23,577 nucleotides of DNA from Candidatus Woesearchaeota archaeon (GTDB lineage: Archaea; Nanobdellota; Nanobdellia; Woesearchaeales; SKGA01). Below, piece after piece: positions 1 to 8,984 of the stretch. The notes under the pieces were generated by a model. That model had not been told where the DNA came from, did not search any database, and saw nothing but the letters and a program-made list of their open reading frames with translations. The position numbers and the translations under genes are program-made. The DNA is taken from assembly GCA_016926395.1 (NCBI GenBank), contig JAFGOT010000007.1, positions 1 to 23,577 on the forward strand. Reading direction: 5' to 3'. Every line of letters starts with the position of its first letter. Position 1 is the stretch's first letter.

Positions 1-56
1 GAAACAATACCAGCTTTAATTTTTGTTCCACCAATATCTAACGCAATAACAGCCAT
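1..56 (-). CDS. ROK-family sugar kinase (glucokinase-like), N-terminal fragment running off the left edge
   Basis: Manual translation from ATG at 56 gives MAVIALDIGGTKIKAGIV, the ROK phosphate-1 motif (DIGGT). Not in the ORF track. Confidence 0.85.
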   Translation of the reverse strand, partial: MAVIALDIGGTKIKAGIV

Positions 57-82
57 AATAGATATAACAAGGACAAAGAATG

Positions 83-90
83 TATATAAA
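83..90 (-). promoter_or_regulatory. TATA box for the ROK gene
   Basis: TTTATATA on the minus strand, about 27 nt upstream of the ATG at 56, consistent with a near-leaderless archaeal transcript. Confidence 0.5.
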
Positions 91-163
91 CATTACTCAT
101 TTGTTTTATTACTGATGAAAGGAAACGAACTATTTTAAAGGATTAAACTAATAAAAAGTTATA

Positions 164-328
164 ATGAAGAAAAAACATCATGAAATCCCTCTTCGGATAT
201 TAATAATACCAGGAATTTTGCTACTTGTGGCTTTACTTCTTTTAGCATTTCAAGCAACAGAATGGGCATTCTTTTTTGTAGGAATCGCAATTGTTATTGC
301 AATATTAATCCACAAAGAAACAGAATGA
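164..328 (+). CDS. Small 54-aa two-helix membrane protein, unknown function
   Basis: Manual translation: MKKKHHEIPLRILIIPGILLLVALLLLAFQATEWAFFFVGIAIVIAILIHKETE*. Basic N-terminus, two hydrophobic stretches, TTTTAAA about 25 nt upstream. Not in the ORF track. Confidence 0.7.
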   Translation: MKKKHHEIPLRILIIPGILLLVALLLLAFQATEWAFFFVGIAIVIAILIHKETE

Positions 329-353
329 ACAAAATTTAAGTAACAAATAAAAA

Positions 354-995
354 TCAGACATCTTCTAAATCTTTTTTGTACTTACGTTGCGCGTCAGAAA
401 GTTCTCTTTGTAATCTTCTAATATGAGAAGCAATGTCCTTGTCAACATAACCTTTTGAATTGTACTGTTGTCTTGCTAAATTTGTTGCTTTGGTAAGCTC
501 GTGTTGAGATGCTTTCAAATTTTTATGAGAGTTACGTCCAAAACCCCAAAGCATAATCATAAATGCACAAAAGACTAAGAAGCCAACTATAAAAGCATTT
601 AAAGATATTAAAAAATTATAAATACGATGATCGATGAAGGCATAAACAGTAAGTAGTAAAGACATCACTAGTTGAACATTCTTTGAAGAGAATATGTGTT
701 TTAGGGTCGTAGTTATAATAAAATGAATCAAAGCAAACAGGACCATAAATAACCCGATGACAACCATTGAATCTAAAAGGCCGTCAAAGAAACCATAAAC
801 ATCACCAACCATTAATGATTGAGTAGCATACACTAAACCATTTAAGTCGTCAACAACTCTGTGTTCTGGAAACATTCCTTGAGTAGCATACTTATATCCT
901 AGAATGGCTGCAATCATAAGAACAATCAATAGAATAATAACTGACCGATTCTTGCCTTTTTGTGTAGATTGCTTTGAAGGATCTAGAATAGTCAA
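354..995 (-). CDS. Hypothetical multi-pass membrane protein (about 4 TM) with basic C-terminal coiled coil; paralog of 1066..2244
   Basis: 213-aa ORF. TTG start supported by SD-like AGGTGA at 1002-1007. Hydrophobic segments followed by a helical tail (HIRRLQRELSDAQRKYKKDLEDV). Confidence 0.8.
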   Translation of the reverse strand: MTILDPSKQSTQKGKNRSVIILLIVLMIAAILGYKYATQGMFPEHRVVDDLNGLVYATQSLMVGDVYGFFDGLLDSMVVIGLFMVLFALIHFIITTTLKHIFSSKNVQLVMSLLLTVYAFIDHRIYNFLISLNAFIVGFLVFCAFMIMLWGFGRNSHKNLKASQHELTKATNLARQQYNSKGYVDKDIASHIRRLQRELSDAQRKYKKDLEDV

Positions 996-1035
996 CTTAA
1001 CTCACCTAAGACAGCCACCAATTAATAGGAAACTG

Positions 1036-1064
1036 AAAAAAAAGAAAAATAAAAAATTAAAAAA
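1036..1064 (-). terminator. Oligo-dT tract, probable archaeal terminator
   Basis: Nearly pure T-run on the minus strand immediately after the stop of 1066..2244. Confidence 0.45.
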
Positions 1065-1065
1065 T

Positions 1066-2244
1066 TTAAGGATTTTTTATTTCATCAACTAATGCAGTTT
1101 CTGCATTGTGGAAATCTCTAATCTCAACAATTAATGCTTTAACTTTATTAATATCAGCTCTTAATTTTGCATTATCATCTTCAATCTTTTGCAAATGGGA
1201 TTTAATAGAACCCAAAGCAGCAGAAGCCTCAGAAATATTTCCTGATTCAAGAGCACCTGTCAGTCTTTGCTGTAAAGAATCAGTTTGAGATTCATTTGAA
1301 TTAGCATCCATAACTAAAGACTCCATTTGTTTTAACAATTGAACTTTAGCTTTATCAAGTTGAAGAGCTTTAAAACCATAATCTTTAATTTTTGTCTCAG
1401 TGGTCACAGGAATTGGACCAACAACACCTGCTTTTGATTGAAGACGAGATATTAAATGAGAATAATCATTTTTCTCGATTTGATCAAGTTTAAACTCCCT
1501 AAAAGACAATGTTTCTAAATTCTTAAGTTCAACATTCAAGGCCTTCAAAGATTTGTGTTCATGATGAAGACTTGCAACAAAAGAACTCATCCTATCAAGA
1601 ATTCCTTGTCTAACTGCTCTTGTTGACTCTCCTTTACTTTGAAGAGTAGCAGCATGAGATAATTGTTGTTCCATGACTTGAATCAGATGCATATGATTTC
1701 CAACAGCACTACTTAACTCATCAATCGATTCAGAAGTATCGCCCCTTGCTCTTCTTTCACGTCTCATAAGACGTCGACTAGCCCTTGTTTCATTATTAAC
1801 CTTAGCAAATTCACCAGCAGCTGCTGTAGATCGAGTTGCCGATTTAAATGCACCTTCTTTTGCTTCATTATGAACTTTTTTAAGATGAGTAAGCAAAATA
1901 ATTATAGCATAAACTACAAATAAAATTAATATTAAAGTTAATAATGTTCCAGCCATCAAATCAACTAGAAGAGAATATATTTTCTTATTAGTAATGGCAA
2001 TCAAAGCTATACCAATTCCAAACATGTGCGAATATTTTTTATGTTCTTCCGCCTTAAAAAGAGTAATTTGACTAACAAACATCATAAGACCATAAATAAT
2101 TAAAAAAACACCAATACCATCAACTGCATTAAATAGATGTGTGAAAAAACCTTTAATACCCTCTTCACCAAAAAGACTACCCAAAGCTTGACCAATCTCA
2201 TTAACATCACTTAAAATACCAGTTGCTGCTTCTTCTCCAGCCAT
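1066..2244 (-). CDS. Hypothetical membrane protein, about 3 N-terminal TM helices plus about 270 aa of helical/coiled-coil domain
   Basis: 392-aa ORF with SD-like GTGAGGT at 2254-2260 and TTTATAAG at 2294-2301. TM region aligns by eye with 354..995. Confidence 0.85.
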   Translation of the reverse strand: MAGEEAATGILSDVNEIGQALGSLFGEEGIKGFFTHLFNAVDGIGVFLIIYGLMMFVSQITLFKAEEHKKYSHMFGIGIALIAITNKKIYSLLVDLMAGTLLTLILILFVVYAIIILLTHLKKVHNEAKEGAFKSATRSTAAAGEFAKVNNETRASRRLMRRERRARGDTSESIDELSSAVGNHMHLIQVMEQQLSHAATLQSKGESTRAVRQGILDRMSSFVASLHHEHKSLKALNVELKNLETLSFREFKLDQIEKNDYSHLISRLQSKAGVVGPIPVTTETKIKDYGFKALQLDKAKVQLLKQMESLVMDANSNESQTDSLQQRLTGALESGNISEASAALGSIKSHLQKIEDDNAKLRADINKVKALIVEIRDFHNAETALVDEIKNP

Positions 2245-2430
2245 TATAATAATACCTCACGAATAATAATTACTTAAAATCTACAAATTATAACTTATAA
2301 ACATTTCGTTAAAACTTGTCATTAAGTAGTAAATAAGACAAAGAATATGCTAAATACACCACCCAAAGGTAACGTAATTTGTTATTCTTGAGAAGTAACT
2401 TTAATAAATGAACAAAGTTCACTTAAGAAA

Positions 2431-3024
2431 ATGGCTGGAAATCCTCTAAAAAAACTAATAGGAAATGACTCTGAAGAAGCAATAGAACAAGTAGAACATT
2501 TGCTTAAAAGATTACAAAGAGAAGTTAAAAAGACGTCAAGAGAATTAGAAGAACAACAAGAAAAAAACATCACACTAATAAAACACATTGAAGAGCTTAA
2601 TAAACAGCATTCAATATTATCACAAGAAGTAGAAGCAACAAATCAAAAATTGAAAGAAGCCACAAAACAAATAGAAAAAGCAACATCAGAAATACAAATT
2701 TTTAAACCAAGTGTTGAAACAAAATTAATTAATCAAATTACTCAAAAACTCGAAAGCGAACTAGCGAACGCAACAAACAAAATAAATGCAGAAGCAAATG
2801 GTTTCGCTCAAGCAAAAGAAGTATTTTCTAAACACCTAAAACAATCCAAAGAAACAAGTGACGAAATGGAAAAACTTAGAGCAGTCATTTCTAAAATTGA
2901 TGAAAAAGACTTCACACTTGAAGCATACGCAAAACAACTAGATAAAAACGATCGAGAGAAAGTTAAACTCTTAAAAAAAATTGATGAACTAGAAAGTATG
3001 CTTGCAAAGATGAAACGAAAATGA
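2431..3024 (+). CDS. Hypothetical all-helical coiled-coil protein (197 aa)
   Basis: E/K/Q/L-rich heptad-like sequence throughout, A-ending codons like other plus-strand host genes, no catalytic motif seen. Confidence 0.8.
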   Translation: MAGNPLKKLIGNDSEEAIEQVEHLLKRLQREVKKTSRELEEQQEKNITLIKHIEELNKQHSILSQEVEATNQKLKEATKQIEKATSEIQIFKPSVETKLINQITQKLESELANATNKINAEANGFAQAKEVFSKHLKQSKETSDEMEKLRAVISKIDEKDFTLEAYAKQLDKNDREKVKLLKKIDELESMLAKMKRK

Positions 3025-3071
3025 GAAATCCCGTTTTCGAATGTTGATAAATTCAACAAAACAAAAGTAAA

Positions 3072-3275
3072 ATGTTACACATAATTTTCAAAGATTTGGA
3101 CGAACTTATAGAAAAAGAAATTGAAGATACAACGGGTTTAATTTATGATCCTAGAATGTTAGATAGAATTCTGAAATTTACAAACGGGTTTGATGAATAC
3201 TCTTTTTTCTTTAGAGAATCCGGAAAATATACAATAATACATACAAAACAAATATGGAACCTGAAAATTTTCTAA
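3072..3275 (+). CDS. Hypothetical protein (67 aa)
   Basis: ATG-initiated ORF co-oriented with its neighbours. No motif recognised. Confidence 0.5.
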   Translation: MLHIIFKDLDELIEKEIEDTTGLIYDPRMLDRILKFTNGFDEYSFFFRESGKYTIIHTKQIWNLKIF

Positions 3276-3433
3276 ACTACCTCTCCAAACAATATAACTT
3301 TCAGTATTGTTGTAATCATGGAAAAGAAGCACATAAATTTGGAATTAAAACATCTGACGCGAAAAGAGTTACAGATAATTTAAGAAAAAGAGAAAGAGAA
3401 AAAATAGAAAACGAAGAACGATTTCGAAGATAA
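3254..3433 (+). CDS. Hypothetical protein (59 aa)
   Basis: Manual translation: MEPENFLNYLSKQYNFQYCCNHGKEAHKFGIKTSDAKRVTDNLRKREREKIENEERFRR*. Overlaps the previous ORF by 22 nt and ends 2 nt from the lonB stop. Not in the ORF track. Confidence 0.5.
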   Translation: MEPENFLNYLSKQYNFQYCCNHGKEAHKFGIKTSDAKRVTDNLRKREREKIENEERFRR

Positions 3434-3435
3434 AC

Positions 3436-5409
3436 TTATTTCTTCATAGATTTAATCTTAGCAAGAGTTTTCTTATCACCATTCCAATCAAGAATATGCT
3501 CCAGTACTTGTATTACATTTTCAACAGGAATAATTGTTATTTTATTTAAACGATCTTTATCAATAACAATATCTTGTATGTTTGATTTTGGAACAATAAC
3601 ATGAGTCATTCCCGTGTCAATAGCCGCCTCTATCTTAGCACTAACGCCACCAACAGGAAGAGTTTCACCTCGAACAGAAACACTACCAGTAATAGCATAA
3701 TTCTGTTTAATAGGAATATTTTTTAGAGCACTAATCATTGCAGTTGCAACAGCAAGAGATGCACTATCGCCTTCAACACCTTCATAAGTTTGAAGGAATT
3801 GAACATAAATATCATACATTGCCTTCACATCTTCGCCAAAATATTTTCTAACCAAAGCACTTACATTAGTGATTGCTTCTTTTGCAATCTCACCAAGTTT
3901 TCCAGTTGCAATAACTTTTGGCTCTCTAGCGCAAGGAACAACTTCAGATTCAATTGGAAGAACAATACCAGATAAAGAACTACCATTACCAAGAACTGCC
4001 AAACCATTAACTCGACCAATCCTTGTTCCAGTTGTTACCAAAACTTCATAGTCTTTTTTATTCTCAATGTATCTGTCAGCAAGCTGTTGTTCTAAACCTC
4101 TAGCTAAAGATCTTGCAGCAATAATATGAGTAATTTCTACGAACTTAGAATTTTGTTCATGAGCAATATCACCCGCACTTCTAACTAAACCGCCAAGTTC
4201 TCTAAGTCTTAGAGTTAGATGGTTTTTCTTGCTAGCCATACGACGAGCTTCATTAACTAAATACTCAACAGCAGTTTTTGAGAAATGTGGAATTTTACCG
4301 TCCTTTCTAACTTCCTGAGCAACAAACTGAGCAATTTTATATTGATTCTCAAGAGTATCTTCCATAACATCTTTCATGTAAATTTCATAACCATATCCTC
4401 GAATACGACTTCTAAGAGCAGGATGTAAATCTTTAAGACCATCAATGTTACCTGCAGCAATTAAAATAAATTTACAAGGAACGGCTTCGGTTCTAACCAT
4501 CGCACCAGCACTACGTTCACTTTGACCAGTAATGGAAAAACGACCTTCTTGAATTGCAGTAAGAAGCTCTTGTTGAGTAGTTGGATGAAGTGTTGCAACT
4601 TCATCAATAAACAAAACGCCCATGTGAGCTTTGTGAATCATTCCGCCAATAACACGCTCATGAGCAGGAGTTCCAAGACCACCAGACTGAAAAGGGTCGT
4701 GAAGAACATCACCAAGTAAAGCGCCAGCATGAGCACCAGTAGCATCAAAAAAAGGTGCAGTAGTATTATCAAAATTATCTACAACCAATTTAGGAACGGA
4801 AATAGAATTACCCGCTGATTTTTTTGACATATTAACCATCAACACTAATGCAACTAAAAACACAAGTCCACCAAGAAAAGTTGCAGCAAACATAATACTA
4901 GCAACAACTAAACCATCAGTTGAAGCATAATAAGACCTAACCCCCCAAGGCGAAAGCATAGCAACAATTGCTAAAACCAGAAAAATAATGTTTTGACCCT
5001 TAAGAGAATTAGCACTTTCCATCTTAGCCTTAGCAACCAACTCCCTACCTTGTTTTGCAGGAACAGTTCTAATAAGAGGTTTATTTTCATCATTAGGGTT
5101 CTTGAACGAAAGAATATCAACAAGCTTTTCTTTAGGAATAAGTTCTGCTAAAGCAAGACCAAGTAAAGATTTACCAGTACCAGGTTCACCAATAAGAAGA
5201 ACATGTCTTCGCTGCAAAGCAGCTTTTTTCATCACTTCAACAGCATGGTCCTGACCAATAACTTGGTCAATTAAATTTTTAGGAACAGGAATATCAGCAG
5301 TTGAAGCATAATTAAAATTAGACTTAGCTACAACTTTCTTTGAAGATTTCTTAGAAACTGATTTTGTAGATTTTTTATCAATCACGTGATTAGTTGCTTT
5401 CTTAACCAT
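3436..5409 (-). CDS. lonB: Archaeal membrane-anchored Lon protease (LonB)
   Basis: Walker A GEPGTGKS, two-TM insertion in the AAA+ domain, Walker B VLFIDEV, catalytic Ser in EGDSASLA and Lys in [12 protein letters not shown]. Lys/Ser-rich N-terminal extension. Confidence 0.97.
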   Translation of the reverse strand: MVKKATNHVIDKKSTKSVSKKSSKKVVAKSNFNYASTADIPVPKNLIDQVIGQDHAVEVMKKAALQRRHVLLIGEPGTGKSLLGLALAELIPKEKLVDILSFKNPNDENKPLIRTVPAKQGRELVAKAKMESANSLKGQNIIFLVLAIVAMLSPWGVRSYYASTDGLVVASIMFAATFLGGLVFLVALVLMVNMSKKSAGNSISVPKLVVDNFDNTTAPFFDATGAHAGALLGDVLHDPFQSGGLGTPAHERVIGGMIHKAHMGVLFIDEVATLHPTTQQELLTAIQEGRFSITGQSERSAGAMVRTEAVPCKFILIAAGNIDGLKDLHPALRSRIRGYGYEIYMKDVMEDTLENQYKIAQFVAQEVRKDGKIPHFSKTAVEYLVNEARRMASKKNHLTLRLRELGGLVRSAGDIAHEQNSKFVEITHIIAARSLARGLEQQLADRYIENKKDYEVLVTTGTRIGRVNGLAVLGNGSSLSGIVLPIESEVVPCAREPKVIATGKLGEIAKEAITNVSALVRKYFGEDVKAMYDIYVQFLQTYEGVEGDSASLAVATAMISALKNIPIKQNYAITGSVSVRGETLPVGGVSAKIEAAIDTGMTHVIVPKSNIQDIVIDKDRLNKITIIPVENVIQVLEHILDWNGDKKTLAKIKSMKK

Positions 5410-5434
5410 TACAGTAAAAGAGTCGCTTTTTTGA

Positions 5435-5450
5435 TTTATAAGGTTTTTGG
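5435..5450 (-). promoter_or_regulatory. BRE plus TATA box of lonB
   Basis: Minus strand reads CCAAAAAC-CTTATAAA. The TATA ends about 26 nt upstream of the ATG at 5409, which is leaderless spacing. Confidence 0.65.
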
Positions 5451-5469
5451 AACTAAAATTATAATAAAG

Positions 5470-6585
5470 TCACATCTTAAAACGTTTTGCTAAAGAAAGA
5501 TAGAGAGCAGACCAAATCATACCCTCATCGCAACTATAAACACTACTTTTGTAAGGCCGACCTTTTGAATCAAAAACTTCTAAGAAATTTTTATGAGTTT
5601 CAATTAAATCTCTATACTGTCTTAGATAAGCTTTAGCCTGTCTTAAATCAACATCACTAACTAAATCGATGAAAGGAAGAGCGCTCATTGGCCAAATAGC
5701 ATCAGATTGCCAACCACTAGATAACTTTTCAACAAAAATAGTTTTTCCTTTCTGAGAATTGTTTGCAACATATTTTATGGGGAATGGTTTGTCAAGATCA
5801 AGAGCTTGCATTGATTCAATTGCTGTTCGTTGATATGACATATCATCAACCACACCATACCAAAAAGGATAAATGTTTGCATCAGCAGATAATAACTTAG
5901 AACTTTTATCATCCCTAAAATAAGCTCCAGTCCAATAATCTTTTAGAAGGATTTCGCTATAATCAAAACGGTCCAAGGGATTATCAAGACCAAGTGCATT
6001 CGCTTCACGAGAAATAACTCCAGCCATGACAGTATCATAACAAGAACTATCTCTCTTACTATGATCTCTCATCCCTCCAAAATGAATGTGACGTTTAATC
6101 TCGCCAGTTATTTTAAAAATTGCAGTATCATAAAATTTGTAAACTTCTTGTTGAAGAAAATTTCTATAACGATCATTTATTTCCTTATTATTTAATATTC
6201 CAACAGCACGAAACATGTGCACTACAGAATCAGGAGAATATACATTTGGGAAATTAACAGGCTTTCCACTAACATTAATAAAAGTTTTAATTCCACCATC
6301 TCGTTCGTATCTATCTAAGGCATAATTAACAGTAGATATAGCTTCTTTCTTTTTGCCCAAATCAAGTAAGGAAGGAACCATCATTCCAAAATCCCTACTG
6401 TAAAAATGAGGATAATGCCCGAGACTTGTTCGATAAAATAGTCCATTATATAATTGAGAAACAATAGATTTGGTAATATTATTAGCATCACCATCAAAAC
6501 GTCTAAAATATTTTCCTCTGACAGCTAAATGTCTTTGAAACATTCGACGTCCTTCTTTTAGATGATCCTTATTAATACTAGCCAT
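5470..6585 (-). CDS. Six-hairpin (alpha/alpha)6 glycoside hydrolase-like protein (amylo-alpha-1,6-glucosidase/GH63-like fold)
   Basis: YPHFYSRDFG (compare WxRD), SLLDLGKKKEA helix, YSPDS, WQSDAIWP (compare YHxGxxWP) and a C-terminal EVFD..G pattern. The exact GH family cannot be determined by eye. Confidence 0.7.
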   Translation of the reverse strand: MASINKDHLKEGRRMFQRHLAVRGKYFRRFDGDANNITKSIVSQLYNGLFYRTSLGHYPHFYSRDFGMMVPSLLDLGKKKEAISTVNYALDRYERDGGIKTFINVSGKPVNFPNVYSPDSVVHMFRAVGILNNKEINDRYRNFLQQEVYKFYDTAIFKITGEIKRHIHFGGMRDHSKRDSSCYDTVMAGVISREANALGLDNPLDRFDYSEILLKDYWTGAYFRDDKSSKLLSADANIYPFWYGVVDDMSYQRTAIESMQALDLDKPFPIKYVANNSQKGKTIFVEKLSSGWQSDAIWPMSALPFIDLVSDVDLRQAKAYLRQYRDLIETHKNFLEVFDSKGRPYKSSVYSCDEGMIWSALYLSLAKRFKM

Positions 6586-6599
6586 TGTAAACCCTAATT

Positions 6600-6625
6600 A
6601 AAAAAGAAAAAAATAAAGTAAAAAA
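6600..6625 (-). terminator. Oligo-dT tract, probable archaeal terminator
   Basis: T-run on the minus strand directly after the stop at 6626. Confidence 0.45.
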
Positions 6626-6901
6626 TTACTTTAAAGAAATTTTTATTCCGCCAATTCGACTTGAGAATTTATTATACAACCAAGAGCCAAGAGCACCACC
6701 GATAAAACCAATAACACCATAGATGATTGGAACTAAAAGAATTGTTGCAAGAACATCCCAAAAACCAACAGACACTTGAATCAAACTCACAATAAGAGTG
6801 AAAAGACCCATAAAAAATCCTATAACTAACATAATTAAAGCTTGAATTTTTGCTGCAGAAAGAACATCAATTTCAGTAATCTCTTTCATATTTTTTACCA
6901 T
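6626..6901 (-). CDS. Small two-TM membrane protein, DUF3566-like
   Basis: IDVLSAAKI motif followed by two Gly-rich TM helices and LYNKF. SD GAGGTG at 6908-6913 supports the ATG at 6901. Confidence 0.6.
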   Translation of the reverse strand: MVKNMKEITEIDVLSAAKIQALIMLVIGFFMGLFTLIVSLIQVSVGFWDVLATILLVPIIYGVIGFIGGALGSWLYNKFSSRIGGIKISLK

Positions 6902-7002
6902 AATTTACACCTCGCACAAACTGTGGCCAACTAGTGGGGAACAGAGTACTGTCAAGATATAGAATTATTCATTATTAAATATTACTATTTAAGGAGAAAA
7001 AA

Positions 7003-7164
7003 TTAATTAGAAGATTCTTTAGCTTGACGTCTATATTCTGCATATTTATCTTCAGGACTATACTTAGGAGGGTGAGAAAATAATCTTTTACCACCACAAG
7101 AACAAGAAGCAGATAAGCCATAACCACCACAAGAAGTACATCTCAAAATAGAAGTTCCACTCAT
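7003..7164 (-). CDS. nop10: H/ACA RNP component Nop10
   Basis: Manual translation: MSGTSILRCTSCGGYGLSASCSCGGKRLFSHPPKYSPEDKYAEYRRQAKESSN*. Has the HPPxYSPEDxYxxYRR signature and lies directly after eif2a, the conserved archaeal order. Not in the ORF track. Confidence 0.92.
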   Translation of the reverse strand: MSGTSILRCTSCGGYGLSASCSCGGKRLFSHPPKYSPEDKYAEYRRQAKESSN

Positions 7165-7165
7165 T

Positions 7166-7942
7166 TTAATCCCTTTCAAATTTGTAAGAAGTTAAAGAAT
7201 CTTTAGTTCCTTCATTTAAGATTTCAAGAGCTTGTTTTACAATATCTTCAGCAACTTTATACTCTCTTGAACGCACTTCAACTTTGTATTTACCAGCACC
7301 AAGAAATTGTAATTTTAATTTGTCATCAAAAGAAGCGAGTTTAGAAACAACATCGTTAATAATATCAACACCATTTGAATTGAATGATTCAAGACTAAGG
7401 TGAGCTTCAATAACAACTTCTTTTGGTTTAATTCTTTCTTTAACAAGAGCTTCCAAATCTGTAGCCACATCTTTATCAATACCGATTTCAGCTAAAGAAG
7501 CACCACTTTCTACAACATCTTCAAAAGCACCATAAATAGAATCGTACTCTTCAAGAATAAGTTTTGAAAGAGAATTGTAAACTTTTTTAACGTCCTGTTT
7601 GGAATTCTGAGCGTATGACTGAATAATAGCTTCTGCAATTGCTTGTTGTTTTCTTTCTTCAACTTTAGCTCGACGTTGACTTTCATTAACACGTCTTAAA
7701 GATAAATCAATATGACCACGGTCTTTATTAATTCTAAGAACTTTACAAACAATAACTTTTCCTTCTTTAACATAATCGCCAATATTTCTAATACGACCAG
7801 GACTAATCTCGGAAATATGAATCATACCGGATTTATTTTTGTATTCATCAAGAGATACAAAAACAGAATGATATTGTATTTTCGTAACAGTACAAAAAAC
7901 AATTTCTTCTTCTTGTGGGATTCCTTCTTTAATGAATAACAT
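7166..7942 (-). CDS. eif2a: Translation initiation factor aIF2 alpha subunit
   Basis: N-terminal S1 domain (GMIHISEISPGRIRNI...KVLRINKDRGHIDLSLRRV) and C-terminal GAGKY motif. Syntenic with rps27e and nop10. Confidence 0.97.
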   Translation of the reverse strand: MLFIKEGIPQEEEIVFCTVTKIQYHSVFVSLDEYKNKSGMIHISEISPGRIRNIGDYVKEGKVIVCKVLRINKDRGHIDLSLRRVNESQRRAKVEERKQQAIAEAIIQSYAQNSKQDVKKVYNSLSKLILEEYDSIYGAFEDVVESGASLAEIGIDKDVATDLEALVKERIKPKEVVIEAHLSLESFNSNGVDIINDVVSKLASFDDKLKLQFLGAGKYKVEVRSREYKVAEDIVKQALEILNEGTKDSLTSYKFERD

Positions 7943-8060
7943 TTTTTTCTCCGTAAATGCTCAAAAATATTTAATTTTTAGCTCCAAAAACATTTGGTTT
8001 CAATATAATAATTTTTCTTGAGTGTAATATAAAACCCTAATGGGAAAAATAAAGAGAAGT

Positions 8061-8243
8061 TTATTCTAAAACTTCTAAAACTCTTGCCTTAACTCGCGTT
8101 TTACCACCAGTTGGTTCTGCAAGAACTTTTTCACAAACTAAACATTTCACAACAGAAGCTGTTTTTCCGAAAATGATTTGTTCGTTTTTACATTTAGGAC
8201 ATCGAACTTTGATGAACTTTGAACTTGGTTCTCCTTTACTCAT
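8061..8243 (-). CDS. rps27e: Ribosomal protein S27e
   Basis: SKFIKVRCPKCKNEQIIF...CLVCEKVLAEPTGGK. Start moved from 8258 to 8243 because SD GGTGAT lies just upstream of the second ATG. Confidence 0.95.
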   Translation of the reverse strand: MSKGEPSSKFIKVRCPKCKNEQIIFGKTASVVKCLVCEKVLAEPTGGKTRVKARVLEVLE

Positions 8244-8496
8244 TTGTAAAATCACCATATTGTTTATTTCTCATGTTAGAGACCAAAAAGCCATGTAGAC
8301 TGTCTGGTTCGTGTCCAAAAACAATTTTTGGGAACATAAGATATAATCAAGAAACAGGACTTGCTTTATAAATATTGGCCTAAAATCAAGAATAAAAAAC
8401 TACAAATACAACTAGTATAATAGGAACTAATCAAGCAAAAAGTAATAATTTTTCAGAAAAAGGTTTGAAAATAAAATAAAAGTTCAAAATAGAACT

Positions 8497-8808
8497 TTAT
8501 ATAATCTCAACTTTCTTAGCTCGAATACCGCCTGCTTGAGCACTTTGCTTTTTACAAGTAGAACATTCGTATCTAAAGTCAGTCTTTTTTGTGAGCTTCT
8601 TACCAATCATTTTTGGTTTAGTAGGCTTGGAATACTTACCCAGGTTACCAGCTCCTCGTCTTTCTCCCCGAGCTTTAACTCGTTTAGTAGAACCGTAACT
8701 AAGTGGTCGAGTAGCGTTTCTTGCCCGCCGTTTAGAAGTCACAACCTTTTGTTCTGTGTGTTTATTACAGTTAGGACAGTGACGTTTGGTTATTTTTGGT
8801 ACTTTCAT
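8497..8808 (-). CDS. rpl44e: Ribosomal protein L44e
   Basis: CPNCNKHT...GNLGKYSKP...KKTDFRYECSTCKK Zn ribbon. Syntenic with rps27e. Confidence 0.95.
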   Translation of the reverse strand: MKVPKITKRHCPNCNKHTEQKVVTSKRRARNATRPLSYGSTKRVKARGERRGAGNLGKYSKPTKPKMIGKKLTKKTDFRYECSTCKKQSAQAGGIRAKKVEII

Positions 8809-8984
8809 AACTTAAACATGGAATTCTAATTCATTTTTAAAGCTATCGCATTAGAAGAGGTGTGAAGGTATGAAACACCCACTTAAGAAAAAATAAAAAA
8901 AAGCTAAATTAAGTAAAATAGAGAGGCTCTAGTCTCCAAATATTTAAAAATAAGAAGGTTTGAATAAAATACAAGAGATGCGAA

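Noticed and set aside
3318-3433. Apparent -1 frameshift in a short ORF starting at ATG 3318
   Set aside because: The downstream frame is simply the uninterrupted 59-aa ORF starting at ATG 3254, so no recoding is needed.
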